DNA from: a virus
Taxonomy: Duplodnaviria > Caudoviricetes
Virus record (IMG/VR): IMGVR_UViG_3300044674_001373
Coordinates: 1-25,219 of that record
Length of the DNA: 25,219 nucleotides
Reading direction: 5' to 3' (one strand)
Below, one piece after another: positions 24,065-25,219 of the stretch (positions are counted from its first letter, which is position 1; each line of letters starts with the position of its first letter). The notes beneath the pieces are model-generated. The model made no database searches and was not told the origin of the DNA. It saw only the letters and a program-made list of their open reading frames with translations. Both the position numbers and the translations under genes were made by a program.

Positions 24065-24529
24065 TTAAAAGAATTGTGTGAAATCTTTGATGCCCCACGC
24101 TTTGTAGTAGCCAGTCTTCTTCAAAGTTTGCTGTGCCTTTTTGAGTTTGCCCATATCCTGTATGAACAACAACGGTGCTTTACCAAAACTAAAGCTCACG
24201 CCCTTGTGCTTGCCGTCATTGTCTGGGTGATCATACATCACGGCGAAGTTGGGGCTTAAATGATTACACTGCCTACACAAACGGGACAACTTGCGTTCCG
24301 TTATCTCGTAATTGAAATATAAGATGACAACATCCAAAGCAAGGCTGTTAAAAAGATCACAACACTGAGCAACCTGAGTGAGCACATCCACTTTAGCAGG
24401 GACGACCTGTACTTTACGATCCTTGAGTGCTCTTTCCGCAAACGGACAGATTGCCGCTCCACTCGCCTTATGAGTTTTAGCAACAACCTGTCTGATCCAA
24501 TCTTCAACGTCTTTACTTCCTACGGCCAC
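24065..24529 (-). CDS. DUF1415-like protein
   Basis: WIRQVV...ICPFA and DHPD motifs match my recollection of DUF1415. GTG start. Confidence 0.6.
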   Translation of the reverse strand: MAVGSKDVEDWIRQVVAKTHKASGAAICPFAERALKDRKVQVVPAKVDVLTQVAQCCDLFNSLALDVVILYFNYEITERKLSRLCRQCNHLSPNFAVMYDHPDNDGKHKGVSFSFGKAPLLFIQDMGKLKKAQQTLKKTGYYKAWGIKDFTQFF

Positions 24530-24605
24530 TTTTTTTAGACTTACGTCTGCCGCTCATTTTAGACATTGCTGGTTTTCTACGTCCGCTTCTTTTAGGTCCT
24601 GGCAT
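24513..24605 (-). CDS. 30-aa protamine-like basic peptide (missing from ORF track)
   Basis: MPGPKRSGRRKPAMSKMSGRRKSKKSGRRK. Perfect RBS AGGAGG 9 nt upstream; bridges two genes. Confidence 0.8.
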   Translation of the reverse strand: MPGPKRSGRRKPAMSKMSGRRKSKKSGRRK

Positions 24606-24921
24606 CGTTTGTTTCCTCCTTTTTGATCTTGGAATTCTGTTTGTCAGCAAGGCTGATGCTGTACTTGTCGTGATGGCCATATATGGGCTCCCTTCCTATG
24701 TTCTGTACATCGCTGTACAATGATAAAATCTCCCTGCCCCTGTGTTTCGCAAACTTCCGCATAGCCCTCAACGCTCGTCTCGCCCTCTCCGCATAACGCC
24801 GCGATGGCCTCTCCAGTAGTTTCTCATACGCATTGAAGTAGTCTAGACACGCCCTCTTGAGTGCCAGATGTCCAGCTGTCTCACTGGGTTGTCTGTATAT
24901 CCTTCTTACTTGTTTAGGCAT
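24592..24921 (-). CDS. Hypothetical basic helical protein
   Basis: 109 aa, R/K-rich (AERARRALRAMRKFAKHR), TAATG-coupled. Confidence 0.75.
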   Translation of the reverse strand: MPKQVRRIYRQPSETAGHLALKRACLDYFNAYEKLLERPSRRYAERARRALRAMRKFAKHRGREILSLYSDVQNIGREPIYGHHDKYSISLADKQNSKIKKEETNDART

Positions 24922-25133
24922 TAATCAAATTCTATTAAGTTCCAGGGCATAGCACGCCCTTGGCTGTTCTTCACTACCTCACCTGTATCTGTGTAGTTCG
25001 CTGATTTTAACTTCTTGAAGCCATTTGATAACATCTTCTTTTGATACACGAGGCAAGGTCTTACCTTTCTTCCTCCCACGGAGTACTGACGGTGATGTGT
25101 TTGTTGTCCTCGCCTTGTCTTTATTCCGCTCAC
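24921..25133 (-). CDS. Hypothetical basic protein
   Basis: 70 aa, GTG start after GGGAG. Confidence 0.7.
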   Translation of the reverse strand: MSGIKTRRGQQTHHRQYSVGGRKVRPCLVYQKKMLSNGFKKLKSANYTDTGEVVKNSQGRAMPWNLIEFD

Positions 25134-25145
25134 GCTCTTCTCCCA

Positions 25146-25219
25146 TTACCAAAATCTCTTTATCTGATCTGAAAGCCATTCGAATGCCCTATCTATCGCA
25201 TCTAACAACTTCATCATAA
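25146..25219 (-). CDS. Partial or small ORF at the window edge
   Basis: MMKLLDAIDRAFEWLSDQIKRFW*, amphipathic, ends just before the next RBS. Confidence 0.35.
   Translation of the reverse strand, partial: MMKLLDAIDRAFEWLSDQIKRFW

Larger units (their letters stand above)
1..25219 (-). mobile_element. Tailed phage genome segment (siphovirus-like; possible satellite of a T4-like phage)
   Basis: Capsid, scaffold, neck, tail tube, tape measure and tail-tip genes in canonical order. Dense minus-strand genes with ATGA/TAATG overlaps. No host housekeeping genes and no integrase in the window. Confidence 0.95.

Noticed and set aside
12-25219. Numerous plus-strand ORFs in the track (e.g. 12..605, 3664..4215, 12598..13116, 18748..19179)
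   Set aside because: They are antisense shadows of well-supported minus-strand genes, V/L/S-rich as expected from reverse-complemented codons, and lack an RBS.
1-25219. Stop-codon reassignment or introns
   Set aside because: Genes tile tightly under the standard code using TAA, TAG and TGA stops, and the core structural genes are uninterrupted.

Overview
The whole window is tailed-phage DNA with a siphovirus-like virion, probably from an aquatic or marine uncultured lineage. Nearly all genes lie on the minus strand. Read in transcription direction (high to low coordinates) there are four blocks. (1) 25219-12225 is a head-tail operon: small basic proteins, a DUF1415-like protein, scaffold, major capsid, neck, tail tube, a frameshifted tail chaperone, a 668-aa tape measure, tail-tip proteins and two tandem GNATs. 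(2) 12268-11040 holds the only convincing plus-strand gene (MptE/DUF115-like) and a hairpin-rich non-coding region that may contain the origin or genome end. (3) 11040-4246 is an early-type block of small genes driven by near-perfect sigma70 promoters (P-loop kinase, HNH proteins, two lipoproteins), with no recognisable replication or sigma-factor gene. (4) 4205-1 is a separate tail-fibre/adhesin module. The most striking signal is the T4-type late-promoter core TAAATA. Reading by eye I found 10 copies, three of them perfect TATAAATA. All sit immediately upstream of a gene start or candidate RNA, in the sense orientation, and four are fused to sigma70 promoters. Together with the absence of replication genes, this suggests a virion-encoding satellite or parasite that borrows late transcription, and perhaps replication, from a large T4-like helper phage. 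This is a hypothesis: the rest of the genome is not visible. All family assignments come from motif recognition by eye, not database searches.
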